A stretch of 64,000 bases of DNA from Lingula anatina (lineage: Eukaryota > Animalia > Brachiopoda): positions 7,688,001 through 7,752,000 of the forward strand of contig CM120641.1 of assembly GCA_051362555.1 (NCBI GenBank), written 5' to 3'. Positions 12,168 to 24,100 of the stretch are shown here, one piece after another (position 1 is the first letter of the stretch; each line of letters begins with the position of its first letter). A model generated the notes under the pieces. It was not told the origin of the DNA and searched no databases. It saw only the letters and a program-made list of their open reading frames with translations. The position numbers and the translations under genes are program-made.

Positions 12168-13911
12168 TTACGGGTTCGAGTCCCGCTCATCTGCGACTAG
12201 ATCAGGCGACAGTGACTTTTTATATGTTACAGTAGACACTGTCTCTATGGGTTTCGCATACTCTCCAAATATCTCCTCCATGAAGGAGTGCTCACTTGTG
12301 CTATACTCAATGTCCGGCCTGGGACCTGCTGTGTCTTTGGAGTTTGACATTGCGCTCAGACAACTGAAGGCAGCCAGGTCTTCTGGAATGCTTTCTTCAC
12401 TGTCTGATCCCAGGTCCTTAGATGCCATAGTGGACACGGTCTCTGCGAGTTCTTCACTTGCTCCAACAATCTCTTCCATGATAGAGTGTTCACATTTGTT
12501 ATACGCAACGCCCAGTCTAATATCAGCTGAATTATTGGGACTAGATGAGAGAGACACCTCAGACAGAGAGCTAAATGGCTCAAAATCCTCTGGGAAGCTG
12601 ATGTCACTGGCATAACTGTTTGGCCGCAGTCCACATTCAGCGTCACAAAGAGTGGTGGTTGAGATTGACTCTTTATTCAGAGATGCATGGCCTATTTCCT
12701 CTGCAACCGAGGTTTCACTAGGTCCAGCGGCTGGCTCTTTTTCACGTGACTGAGGCGTTTCAAGGGTGACAGAGGAGAAGGAATGTCCAGGTGTGTGGAG
12801 TGATCCCTCCGAAATGCTATCGAATGAACTGCTGTAGCTTGCTGCGCTGTCAGACACGTTCACAGTGGTGCTGGAAGAGGAGGGCGACAGAGAGACTAAC
12901 GAACCATCTGAGGTGCTTTCATGAAGGACTGGTGTCTGTACCTCCAGCGTGTCTTGTGCCATGAAGGTGTCTTCCAGTCCATCGAATGCAGAGATTGTTA
13001 CTTCTGAGGTGCTTGAGAAAACAAAGCTTCTCACACTCATTTCCTCTGCAAGGACAGAGTTCTCTCGTCCAGTGGAGGTTCCGCTGTCGTTCGTGTCTGG
13101 GTTAGGAAAAGACAGCATAGAAACGGTTGTGAGGGACCCGTTCCCTTCCGAATCTGAGCTGCTGTCACAGCTAGAACTCGTTTCAAATATCTCAGAAGCT
13201 GTTGACAAGAGAGACGCCTCGGATCTGCAGGTGTCTTCTCCCCCAGAAGAAATTTTCTCAGAGGCATCGAGAGAAGACGAAGCGGAGCGTTCTTCTTGGA
13301 CCTGAGCCCTGTCCACATGTTCTCTATCTCCTCTTACATCAAGACTGCAAAAATAAATAACATCATTTTAGAAAAAACAATGACTTTGAAAACCAATCCT
13401 TATAATATCCAAGTGCACTAAATCCTTGACTAAAATATTTCATGCCGAGATTAAATCCGTTAACACTAATTTTAGGACTCTTTTCAATGCCCATAAAAAT
13501 GTTCGAATGTGCACAAGTACGTAAGTTAGTACAATACTTCTACTACTAGGACTAGGCCTACTGTAATCAATAAATAAGAACATGAAACGAAATAGATGCC
13601 TCATGTTTTCTGCATGGAAAATTTCGAATCTTCAACGTATTTATGTGATTTTTGAAAGAAATCAGAGCAAAATTCTGGGCGATTTTTTAAATGACTGTTG
13701 GTGTTATATGAAGTGGCAGCATAATCGCATATATTACAAACAGGGACGTATCCTCATAACGCTATGAAAGCGATTCTTACCTTGTCGGATTCTGAGTCAA
13801 TTTTTCATCGTTTCTTCTTACGGAGTTTGGTCTGATACTCTCAACTACTTCGGTTGATCCCAAGGAGCAACAATTGACTCTATTCCAGGCTCTTCTTAGC
13901 CAGGATGGCAT
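12168..13911 (-). CDS. Uncharacterised Ser/Glu/Thr-rich, probably disordered protein (~435 aa, 2 exons)
   Basis: Exon 1 13911-13781 (MPSWLRRAWNRVNCCSLG...) ends at AG|GTAAG; exon 2 13344-12168 follows a pyrimidine-rich tract and CAG and is in frame with the 382-aa ORF. Contains a diverged ~66-aa internal duplication (PED...EHS(I/F)MEEI...ETVST). Confidence 0.7.
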
Positions 13912-13978
13912 ATTTCGTGCGATTTAAACAACATCGTGAATACACGCATGTCTACTTTAGCGTAGTGCGGTACCTATG

Positions 13979-14000
13979 TGACGTCATAAGGGGTCACGTG
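13979..14000. promoter_or_regulatory. CRE palindrome TGACGTCA plus E-box TCACGTG upstream of the Ser-rich gene
   Basis: TGACGTCA at 13979-13986 and TCACGTG at 13994-14000, about 70-90 bp upstream of the ATG at 13911. Confidence 0.4.
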
Positions 14001-14974
14001 GATACAAGGAACTGATGTCACATACACACAATGACAACTACAACAATACCTTCTTCAATTTTAAAATATGATCCCACTAATATATGCCAGAATACGTGTC
14101 CGTAATTTAAGGACGATGCCCCACTTTAAAAAAGAACAATTTTGTTTAAGTAGTCGTCTCGAAATATAGTTCTAGAGACACGGGTAGTTCAACATTTTGC
14201 TTCGTTTCACATCAGTCACCCACACATAGATAACAAGCCAACAACAACATATTTCAAATCCACTTTTTATTCATTTTTGTTTCACTTTTTCTTTTTAACT
14301 GACACTGCGGAATTTTACAATATCTCGAGAATGTTACTGGTCTTTTCTTTTTGTAACAGGTTTGTTATTGAAAGCAGCTCGTGAAAAATGTCTGTAATAT
14401 TGAATCATTTCTCACCATAAACTACTACATAAAGCATAAAGTAAAAAGGATCTTTTTCTTTACTACAATAAAGTTTAATTTTAGGGAATCTAGAAAACAC
14501 ACAAAATTGACTAAAAGAAATTCATCTTCCAGTCGATAAGGTACAGGAAAGTAACCACAAAAGTGGCCATATATACTAGCATTGCTTAAGACATGACATT
14601 TCATAGAGCATAGGCTAATGCATAATGTATTGGCACCATTAGTGACCAAACGGAAAACGGTAAACTTCAAATTGATCAACCAGTCACTAAAACTGACTTT
14701 GGATCTTCTGCCCATTCCGTAGTATTACAATGTATGTAAAAAATATCCACTTGTAGAATTTTGATTACAAGCGAGCAACTTTTTACCAATGGTGACCTAT
14801 AAGCTTGAAATAAATATTAGATATGACAACATAAACACTAGTCGAGTCTGATGATATATGTATATATTCTTCTTGTGTGTGTGTAGATTCACCCCAATTT
14901 TCAAGATGGCAGATGTTCTTTCAAAGATGGCAGACCTGGAGAGCAGATGTCAGTGCACGCGGTGCTCTTGATGA

Positions 14975-17900
14975 TTACTCCCCAATGAGGATTTCTTCAA
15001 CTTTTTCCAAGAATTCAATGACCTCCTCCTCAAAATTTTCTGTGTGCGCCTCAAGTTCATCAGTATCAATTCCTAATGAAATGCAATATTTTAATATTTG
15101 AAATATCATTCATGACAATGATTTACTTAAATATCTATTACAGCTGACACATTAAAAATTTTCTTAAAACCTAAAAATTAACATGGCATTCCAAAACTAA
15201 ATTATTTTCAAACAAAACAAGCACATTTTTAATAGAGAGTTTTAAAATATCAAAACTTTTTACGAAAAAAAAGTTTTATATTTACCATCGCGCAGTGCAA
15301 GCCTCTCTTGTTTCTGGTTTCTTACCACCTCCTGCAACTTGGCTCGATACTTGTTGAAATCATCACACATTTTTCTGCGACGTTCAATAAGTTCCTAAGA
15401 AAAAAACATTTCAAATGGTCAGCATTTTTGAAGCAAATTCTTCACAATTCGCTTACATAATGTGTTAAAACTATGTGAAGTGCTATTGGTGAAAAAAAAA
15501 ACTGCTAATTTATTTATGTAATGAAATATTAGCTACAAATATTTTTTCCAAAATACGAATTATCCACATTTTGGGCATTTCCTGTGCAAAACCAACTCAC
15601 CTTTGACGCCTTGCTCTGTGTCATACGATCCTTCAGTTCAAACTGAGTGCTGTATTTCTTCATGTTCTTTTTGATATCCTGCAAAGAAAAAAATACACCA
15701 CATTAATTAGCATGAATGGTACACTTTAAACATTTAGACTTCAGACATATCTACTTGACTTCCTGAACTACAGACAAGCACTGAAATTTTTGCCACAACC
15801 AAAACCAAACATACCTTTTCGGGGAAATATTACAAAGACTTAAAAAAATATTATACATCATCTCACATAATAAGGTATTGGCAATACCTTTATCATCTCG
15901 GGAGTGAGCAAACTTGGTGGTCTTGGTCTCCACAAGAACTGACAGAATCTCTCCAATGGATGTTTGGACAGCAGACGACCTTGGAAGTTCCACATCCAGT
16001 AGGCATTATCAACCTGACAGAACAATCAGTGATACTTATTTCAGACAACTTCATCAAATTTGCGCCTGATTTAAAGTTCTTTTCTTTCAAATCTTCAAAA
16101 AGAAATATTTGTAGAAGAAAATAATTACTCTAAGTTTCAGATCCAATTTGTGTGCGCAATAAATGAAAACACATTCCCCATGGCTGGTTTAAAATAACTC
16201 TTAGACAACACAAGTCATGGTTCTGCCAGCTTTAATAAAATTAATTTCCAGGAGTTTTCCAGGAGTTTTCAAGGACATAATTTTTTTTTCCAGGAGTATG
16301 TTACACTGGACAACTAGAGGATCAGAGAGGCGATACCGCCTCCAAATATTGTACCACCAGCTGGAGCAAACGCATTCGTATAGACCCCCACATACACAAA
16401 ATAAGGGACACAGCCGCCAGTTTTGTGCTTGACAAGCTGTAAAAATGCAATCAACAAGAATTTTTAAACTATTGCAAAAAATATATATGGTACAATCAAA
16501 TTTAAGTTCTTTGTAAGGTAGGTCAAGGGTCAATTTCAAGGTCACAGTAAATTGCCAGTATATGACTTCCTATTCAAGTTCAAGAGTAACTATGGACCTA
16601 TCTCTGTCAAGTTTGAAGTTAAAAGAGAAAGAAATTAGCAGAGTTCAGTTCATGATAAAAAGTAGGTCAAAGGTCAATTTCAAGGTCACACTTAGATTGC
16701 CAGTATAGGACTTTCTATTCAACTTCAATAGTAACTATGGACCTATCTCAGCCAGTTTTGGAGATAAAAGGGAAGCAAAATTTGCAAAATTCAGTTCATG
16801 GTGAAAAGTAGGTCAAAGGTCAATTTCAAGGTCACATTTAGATTGCCAGTATATGACTTTCTATTCAAGTTCAATAGTAACTATGGACCTATCTCTGCCA
16901 GTTTTGGAGATAAAAGGGAAGCAAAATTTGCAAAGTTCAGTTTATGGTGAAAAGTAGGTCAAAGGTCAATTTTAATGTCACATTTATAATGCCAGTATAT
17001 GACTTCCTATTCAAGTTCAATAGTAACTACGGACCTATCTCAGCCAGTTTTGGAGATAAAAGGAAAGCAAAATTTGCAAAATTCAGTTCATGGTGTAAAG
17101 TAGGTCAAAGGTCAATTTTAAGGTCACATTTAGATTGCCAGTATATGACTTCCTTTTCAAGTTCAATAGTAACTATGGTCCTATCTCAGCCAGTTTTGGA
17201 GATAAAAGGGAAGAAAAGTTTGCAAAGTTCAGTTCATGGTGAAAAGTAGGTCAAAGGTCAATTTCAAGGTCACATTTAGATTGCCAGTATATGACTTCCT
17301 ATTCAAGTTCAATAGCAACTATGGACCTATCTCTGCCAGTTTTGGAGATAAAAGGGAAGCAAAATTTGCAAAGTTCAGTTTATGGTGAAAAGTAGGTCAA
17401 AGGTCAATTTTAAGGTCACATTTAGATTGCCAGTATATGACTTCCTATTCAAGTTCAATAGTAACTACGGACCTATCTCAGCCAGTTTTGGAGATAAAAG
17501 GAAAGCAAAATTTGCAAAATTCAGTTCATGGTGTAAAGTAGGTCAAAGGTCAATTTTAAGGTCACATTTAGATTGCCAGTATATGACTTCCTTTTCAAGT
17601 TCAATAGTAACTATGGACCTATCTCAGCCAGTTTTGGAGATAAAAGGGAAGAAAAGTTTGCAAAGTTCAGTTCATGGTGAAAAGTAGGTCAAAGGTCAAT
17701 TTCAAGGTCACATTTAGATTGCCAGTATATGACTTCCTATTCAAGTTCAATAGTAACTATGGACCTATCTCTGCCAGTTTTGGAGATAAAAGGAAAGCAA
17801 AATTTGCAAAGTTCAGTTCATGGTGAAAAGTAGGTCAAAGGTCAATTTTAATGTCACATATAGATTGCCAGTATATGACTTCCTATTCAAGTTCAATAGT

Positions 17901-20900
17901 AACTACGGACATATCTCTGCCAGTTTTGGAGATAAAAGGAAAGCAAAATTTGCAAAATTCAGTTCATGGTGAAAAGTAGGTCAAAGGTCAATTTCAAGGT
18001 CATAGTAAGATTGCCAGTATATGACTTCCTATTCAACTTCAATAGTAACTATGGACCTATCTCTGCCAGTTTTGGAGATATAAGGGACTAGATGTTATAA
18101 TTTTGGAGTTACCATAATGTGCCTTAAATTTCGTACAGAAAAAATTAATTAAAATAAAGAAAATGTCATTTTGGTCAAAATTCTTGAAATAGGAGGTGCT
18201 CTGAAGTTTCAGAAGTTCAAATTTGATGAAATAATGTCATTTTTGAACACAAGTTGTCTGCTTTGCCAAGCCTTATGTTTTATTTTTCCAGAGTTCAAAA
18301 TTTATTATCCATTACCGTACTGCACATTTTGCTTTTACCACCAATATGTACTTTTTGAAACAGCGTAACTCGAAAACCGTATGGAATACAAAAAAACCGA
18401 GACCACCCCCAGTGTTGGGCTTTACATGCTCTACAAAATGCAAAAAAGAATGGGTGTCTAGCATTAACGGTTCCCGAATTAGAGACAGTTTTCAGTTTCG
18501 GTATCTTATGGCCGCTACTCCCGTGAAAATGCACCGATTGACCCCAAATTCATGGAGATGAAAGATGACCTGAAGGGTAACACTTTCCAATAATATTATT
18601 GGTTAAGTCTGTGTGGTGTCTGAATAACAGGGCAAAAAAATTTTTTTTCGTAAAAAATTTCATTTTTTTGAAAATTTTGGCCCATTTGACCTTGAAGTAG
18701 AGGTCAAAGGTCAAATCCAAGGGTATATTTGAAATCTACACATATGACTTTTGGAAAGCCGTCTATAGAAATTTTTCCCATAACTCCTTCCGTAGGGTAG
18801 ATAATTAGCATTTAATTTTGCCATTTTTAGACAAGGGTGCATTGCAATGAGTGCCACACCCAGACCCCAATACCGACAAAGCCCAAATTTTACGTGGAAC
18901 GAGTTGAGATTATAGGTGACCTAAATCCATGAGATGGGTACGGGGGCCCTTACCGTCTAGGAGGAGAAGCGGTAACGGTAGCCGTCCGGCGGAGCCGGCG
19001 GAGCCGGCGGAACGATCCGGACGGGACCGAAACCATGTGTACCGCCAGCGCTAACGCTGGTGGTACAATTATTATTTGTAAACCATCCAATATGAATATG
19101 TAAAAATATAACCAAGAATATTTGGCACAGCTAGAATTTATTAGTCTTATGAATCAATATATCATGCATTAAAGAGTCTAAATGTTCATGATGTATATTG
19201 CACTGTTGAAAAATAACAGTTTAATCTGTTATGAAAATGTAGTTAAACAGTCTGTTTTGCTTCTTGAATTGCTGAACTAAGTTTATAATTTTTCCACTGA
19301 AGAAGCCAAGGCTTTTTCAATATCAGTAATTTCTTTCTTTTTCTCCTCAGCTGTCTTGCGAAAGGGAGTTTGCTTGGGTAACAAAGGAAATTTTCCTAGT
19401 TTTCTCAGCTTTTAAGAACAGACTGTCTGCAGCCTTGGTTAAATTGTCAATATCTTCCTGGATTCTTTTTTTCTTCTTTTTCAAATCATCAATCTCATCC
19501 AAGATGCACTTTCTCTTTTTCTGTAATTCTTCACTGTTTTTCTTCTCCCTTTCTGTTTGAAGAAACAGTTCATATTTCTGCCTTGATTGCTTGGCATACA
19601 GTATCAAGTCTTTGTTGATATTGACCTCAAATATTCCTCCAACCTTCGCCACATGGTCACAGACAATCCTTTGTGCAACCAGGGTTTGAGCTCTCATGTT
19701 CTCTACCTCCACGTCTTTGTTGACACTAAAACCCCTCTCCACTGAGGCTTGGCCATGAGACAATACTAAAAGATGTGTTACTAGCTTCAACAAATCTTTG
19801 AATCTGCCATCTGGGGTGGACATTGTTCTGTGAATCAATTCATCAATTCCATTTTGGCAGGCATGCTGTGAATCATACTGCTTGAATTCAGCAGATCCTA
19901 TGACAGGGATTTCATCTAGAAACAAGAAGTATTGTTGTTGAAGTCTGTCACACTCATTCTCTTTCACAAGTTTATGGTTTAATAGAATTGACAGAGCTTT
20001 TTTGAAGCTGGAAATACACTTCTCCTTGTCTGCATCGGATGACATTTTGACAGGATTGAGGCAGGACAAATACCTTACCAAACTGTAACTCACAGGACAT
20101 TTTTTGAGCAATTTTTCAACAACAGTAACTAGGAACATCTTGCACTCCATTCTGAACTCCATTAAACCTCTTTCACTGACTGCTCCTTTCTTAATCTTGC
20201 TTAGAGATCGATCCGTTGAAAATCCCAAATCCACTTTATTATAATCCAGGTGGATCTTGTTGTCAGTTACATCAATTCTGACTAGTTTTTCCTGATTTCT
20301 TGCTGTTTGCATCACGTCATCTTTGATGAATCTCTTCATTAGCAATCTTAGGATAGAACAGAGATCATCACTCAAATAGGGTATCATAGGTTTGTCTGTC
20401 TGATACCTAGTTAGAAATGGCTCTAGCTGCAAAGCGACAGATTTAAAAAAATTCATCTTCGCAAGAAACAGCTCATCCTTTGTACATTCGCTAACAACTT
20501 TGTACGAGATGTTTGTTGGCATCTTGAGATTTTTAGATTCGATTGCTTCGACATACTGTACTATGTTGTTCCATATCAGTAAAGCTCTGTCGCATACTGG
20601 AATATTCTCAAGCCATCTGTGTTTTACAAACTTCAGTGGCATGATGTTACTTGCAGTCACTCTGACATAGTCCTCAGCCCTAGCTGGCGAATCTTTGAAC
20701 AGGTAGTACAGGGCTGAAAGACATGATGCTACATTCCAATCTGTGGACTCTGCTCCTGCTTTAAAACTGTTGTGGACTATATGTAAACCACATGACCCGA
20801 TGTTGATGAGAGAGGATCCATAGTCATTTGCTACTTTCCTCGATATTGTGTCATAGAATTTCCAATTCACATTTGGTCCATCCATGCTAATCTGCAACAT

Positions 20901-21013
20901 GTTCTTGATTGGTAGACCACTATTGAGAACACATTGACTAAAATGTGAGACCATGTCATCTGATGTAGCATGTCCTGAAAAAATAAAATAAAATATATAA
21001 GCTGTTTATTCAG

Positions 21014-21062
<49 letters not shown>

Positions 21063-21134
21063 CCATGTTTTTAATAAATTTTCACTGAAATACATCATTA
21101 CGACAAGTTAACCTTATGACAATAAAGTCTAGCA

Positions 21135-21194
<60 letters not shown>

Positions 21195-24100
21195 TATTAT
21201 CATTATTATTGTATTAAGAGTGGAAAAGTTTAATTTCAAATGACACTTACCTAGAAATTCAGATGTGAAGTATCTTGTCACGACTCTATGGCACTCCTCA
21301 CTCCAAAATCTCACATGTATATCCATCTGTTTCTTCTGCATCTTCTTATTCAGACTTTCATCAAACAAAATAACAAATGGCCCAGTTACACTTTCTTTCA
21401 GGAGTCTAGCGAAATATTCCCCCAATCCAAACACGCACAAGTAAGCAGATTTCTTTTCGCCACAAGTGAATTGTTGTGCAACCTTGCTGTTAGGGTCCAT
21501 CCTCCTTAATAATTCACCAATGTTTTGTGAAGACCTGTACGACTGATGATCTGTGATTAATTTCAATGTCCACAGAATCTCTGCTTTGACAACATCGTCT
21601 TTTGAAACGAACGTGTCCAACGTAGCGTACTTGCTTGATGCCGACATTGTGGTACATGAAGACTTGCTTGATGCTGACGTAGTGGTACATGTAGGCGTGA
21701 GTGTAGTACAACTATTTCCAGGTGATTTCATAGTATTTCCCCATAACGAACTCAGCGATAACTGTCCACAGGAATTCAAGTTTGTCAATCTCATATTTTC
21801 GCGGTGTTTCATACCTCTAGCATGAGATTTCAGTGAAGAAACACCCATGTTCGATATATCAAATGTAGAGAAGCAAACTGAACAGCTAGCTCTTTTCTTG
21901 TCATTCGGCACACGTTTCACCCACTGTTTGAATTCCGGGTCGTGTTCCCACGCAAGGTTAAATACACAAATACCTTTTGTTGTTGACATGCTTGGTTAAT
22001 CATTCACAGAGCCACTCGTCTCGCACCGTGCGCATGCTGGGCCACACGTGTTCGATGCCGAACAGTCGATGTTAAATCAACAGTGATTGGCTAAAACGAC
22101 TCTATCACTGCTTCGCGGAAACAGCCGAATTGCTCGATGCTCAACAAACACAATAACACGAAATACTACTCTGCGTCTTTCACGTAAACTAACTAGAAAA
22201 CTACCGAATAGACGTAATAATTTTCAAATTTCAAGGATTTCTCCAGGACTACTTTAAAGATTTAAGGACTATTCAAGGAGCACAAGCAAATTCCAGGATA
22301 TTCCAGGATTTTATCTAAATTCCAGGATTTTCCAGATTTGTGCGAACCATGCAAGTAATGCCTCATTTTTGCAGGGTCAGTCATTTATCAGATCCATGGA
22401 CTTACCTTGTGTGCCCACCAGCTGACAGCACTGACCACATAGCGTCCAGAGGGGTCCCACTCCACATCACTGGCCATATAGTGCTCCACCTGGTTCATCA
22501 CTGTCATGTCAGATGTGTCAATGAACTCCATAGTGCCATTCATACTGGAACAGCATAGAACAGATCTATACTTAGACATCAGAGATATTGTAACAATATT
22601 TTAATGCAGAAAGAGAAAGGGTTGTTTATAAAGTAAAAGATAAAAAGCATTCTGGGTGTACCAAAAATGGGATCACAAATGGGAATACTAGTAGGCAAGT
22701 TTGAGAACTATGAAAAATTTTTATATGAGGCACATTGCTAAAATCTGTTCTCCAGAGCATTTAACAGCATTAAGGAGTACATGAAGATATTTAACTGAAC
22801 TGGAGTCAAGTAAAAAGAAATATCTGTTCCATTCAATGTCTAATTTTACCAGAGTTAATTAATGTCTGAATAAATGAGATAAAACTGCCAGCTCTCAAAT
22901 TCCAATAATTCAAAAGTGAAATGTCATTACCTCCTTAATCCTGCTAGCACCACAAACTGGCCATTGGGACTCCAGAAGATGTGATTGGCAGACTGTTTGT
23001 CCATAGTTTCTGTGAGAAAAAAATGGATTTTGTCATCACAATATTGCTATGAAGACTAAACACAGCATAAAGAAGATGCATAAACAATGATTAAAATACA
23101 AGATGCTTAAAATACAATCAAGCTCTTTATTCAATACATAAAACATTCACAAAATATCCTCTTCTTTTAAACATTTTCATACATACATCTAAGCCGACAA
23201 TTGACTTTTATTATTCAAATTCAAAAATACTAAAACAGCCTTACTCAGCAATTCTACTTTCCCACTGGGTCTCATGATGTAGAAACTAGCAGATATTCTG
23301 GGCGATTCTCCATGAATGAAGGCAAACCTGTGGCCATTTGGTTCCCAAGCAAAAGCCAAGGTATTCTCTGTAATGTACAGTAAGATGACGGGTGTCAGTT
23401 AAACTTGAATATTCTTAAGGCCATCTCAAAGCACTATCTCCAAAATGAAATTTAAAAAAAATCCATATAAATCACTTGATATATATGACCTGCATGTGGA
23501 TATTGCAATAACAGTTGGAAAATTTAACAGTATTAAGATCTTACCTTTGCATTCTAAGTGATCAACCGGAATTTCCTTCTCCCTCATGCGGAACAACTCA
23601 AAGTAATATGTGATACCCTGGAAAAAACAGCATATCTCCTTAAATGATAAACCTTTTAAATATTTCTGAATTAGTCTACCTGCTAGAAAAAAAAACAAAG
23701 AAAAAAAAACAGTATATGATCACTTCTTACTGTTAATTACAAAGATGTCAGATGATGCAAACATACCACATATTTCATCCCCTGCTCCTTATCTTCTTTC
23801 TTTTTGGCGTAGCGATCTACTTTGACACACAGATAATCCCCACTCTTTTGCCAGTGCATCCTGCAGTCTGCAACATGGAACAAATTCTTTGTCTGCAGTT
23901 CCCCCCTGCTCGGCATCTCCGTCAGAACAACACGTGCCGGCACATCCTTTTCCTCTGGTACAAAATATGCTATGATGTTGTCTGAGGGCGACCAGCTGAA
24001 ATCCTTGATACCTGACACCTTGATGCTCTTTTTCCCTAGCAAACCAAAAGACTTAAAGAAAAAGAAAATAGAGATGATCAGGGCACATAAAAAAATCAAA

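Larger units (their letters stand above)
1..12185. repeat. Modular tandem array: module A (~560 bp) and module B (~810 bp) in order (A)-B-Bdel-A-B-A-B-B-A-B-B-A-B-B-A-B-A-B(partial); continues beyond the left edge
   Basis: Near-identical sequence recurs. B starts near 472, 1286, 2413, 3765, 4579, 5961, 6774, 8127, 8941, 10291, 11645; A starts near 1853, 3214, 5391, 7573, 9730, 11081. The ORF track shows the same short peptides repeating. Confidence 0.97.
16216..22351 (-). mobile_element. hAT-superfamily DNA transposon (hAT5-like, 5-bp TSD) in EIF3B intron 13
   Basis: Termini CATGGTTC...GAACCATG flanked by the direct repeat CAAGT (16211-16215 and 22352-22356); clustered TTC(C/A)AGGA subterminal motifs at both ends; internal transposase gene. 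Confidence 0.9.

Noticed and set aside
1-12185. CRISPR array, 5S rDNA, histone or spliceosomal snRNA cluster
   Set aside because: No unique spacers, eukaryotic context, and no 5S, U1/U2/U6 or histone signatures recognised.
12016-13305. Plus-strand ORFs of 199 and 118 aa
   Set aside because: Antisense shadows of the Ser-rich CDS.
16944-17687. 101-aa ORFs (also 41958-44289 and 59992-60675)
   Set aside because: Products of tandem-repeat periodicity with no coding hallmarks.
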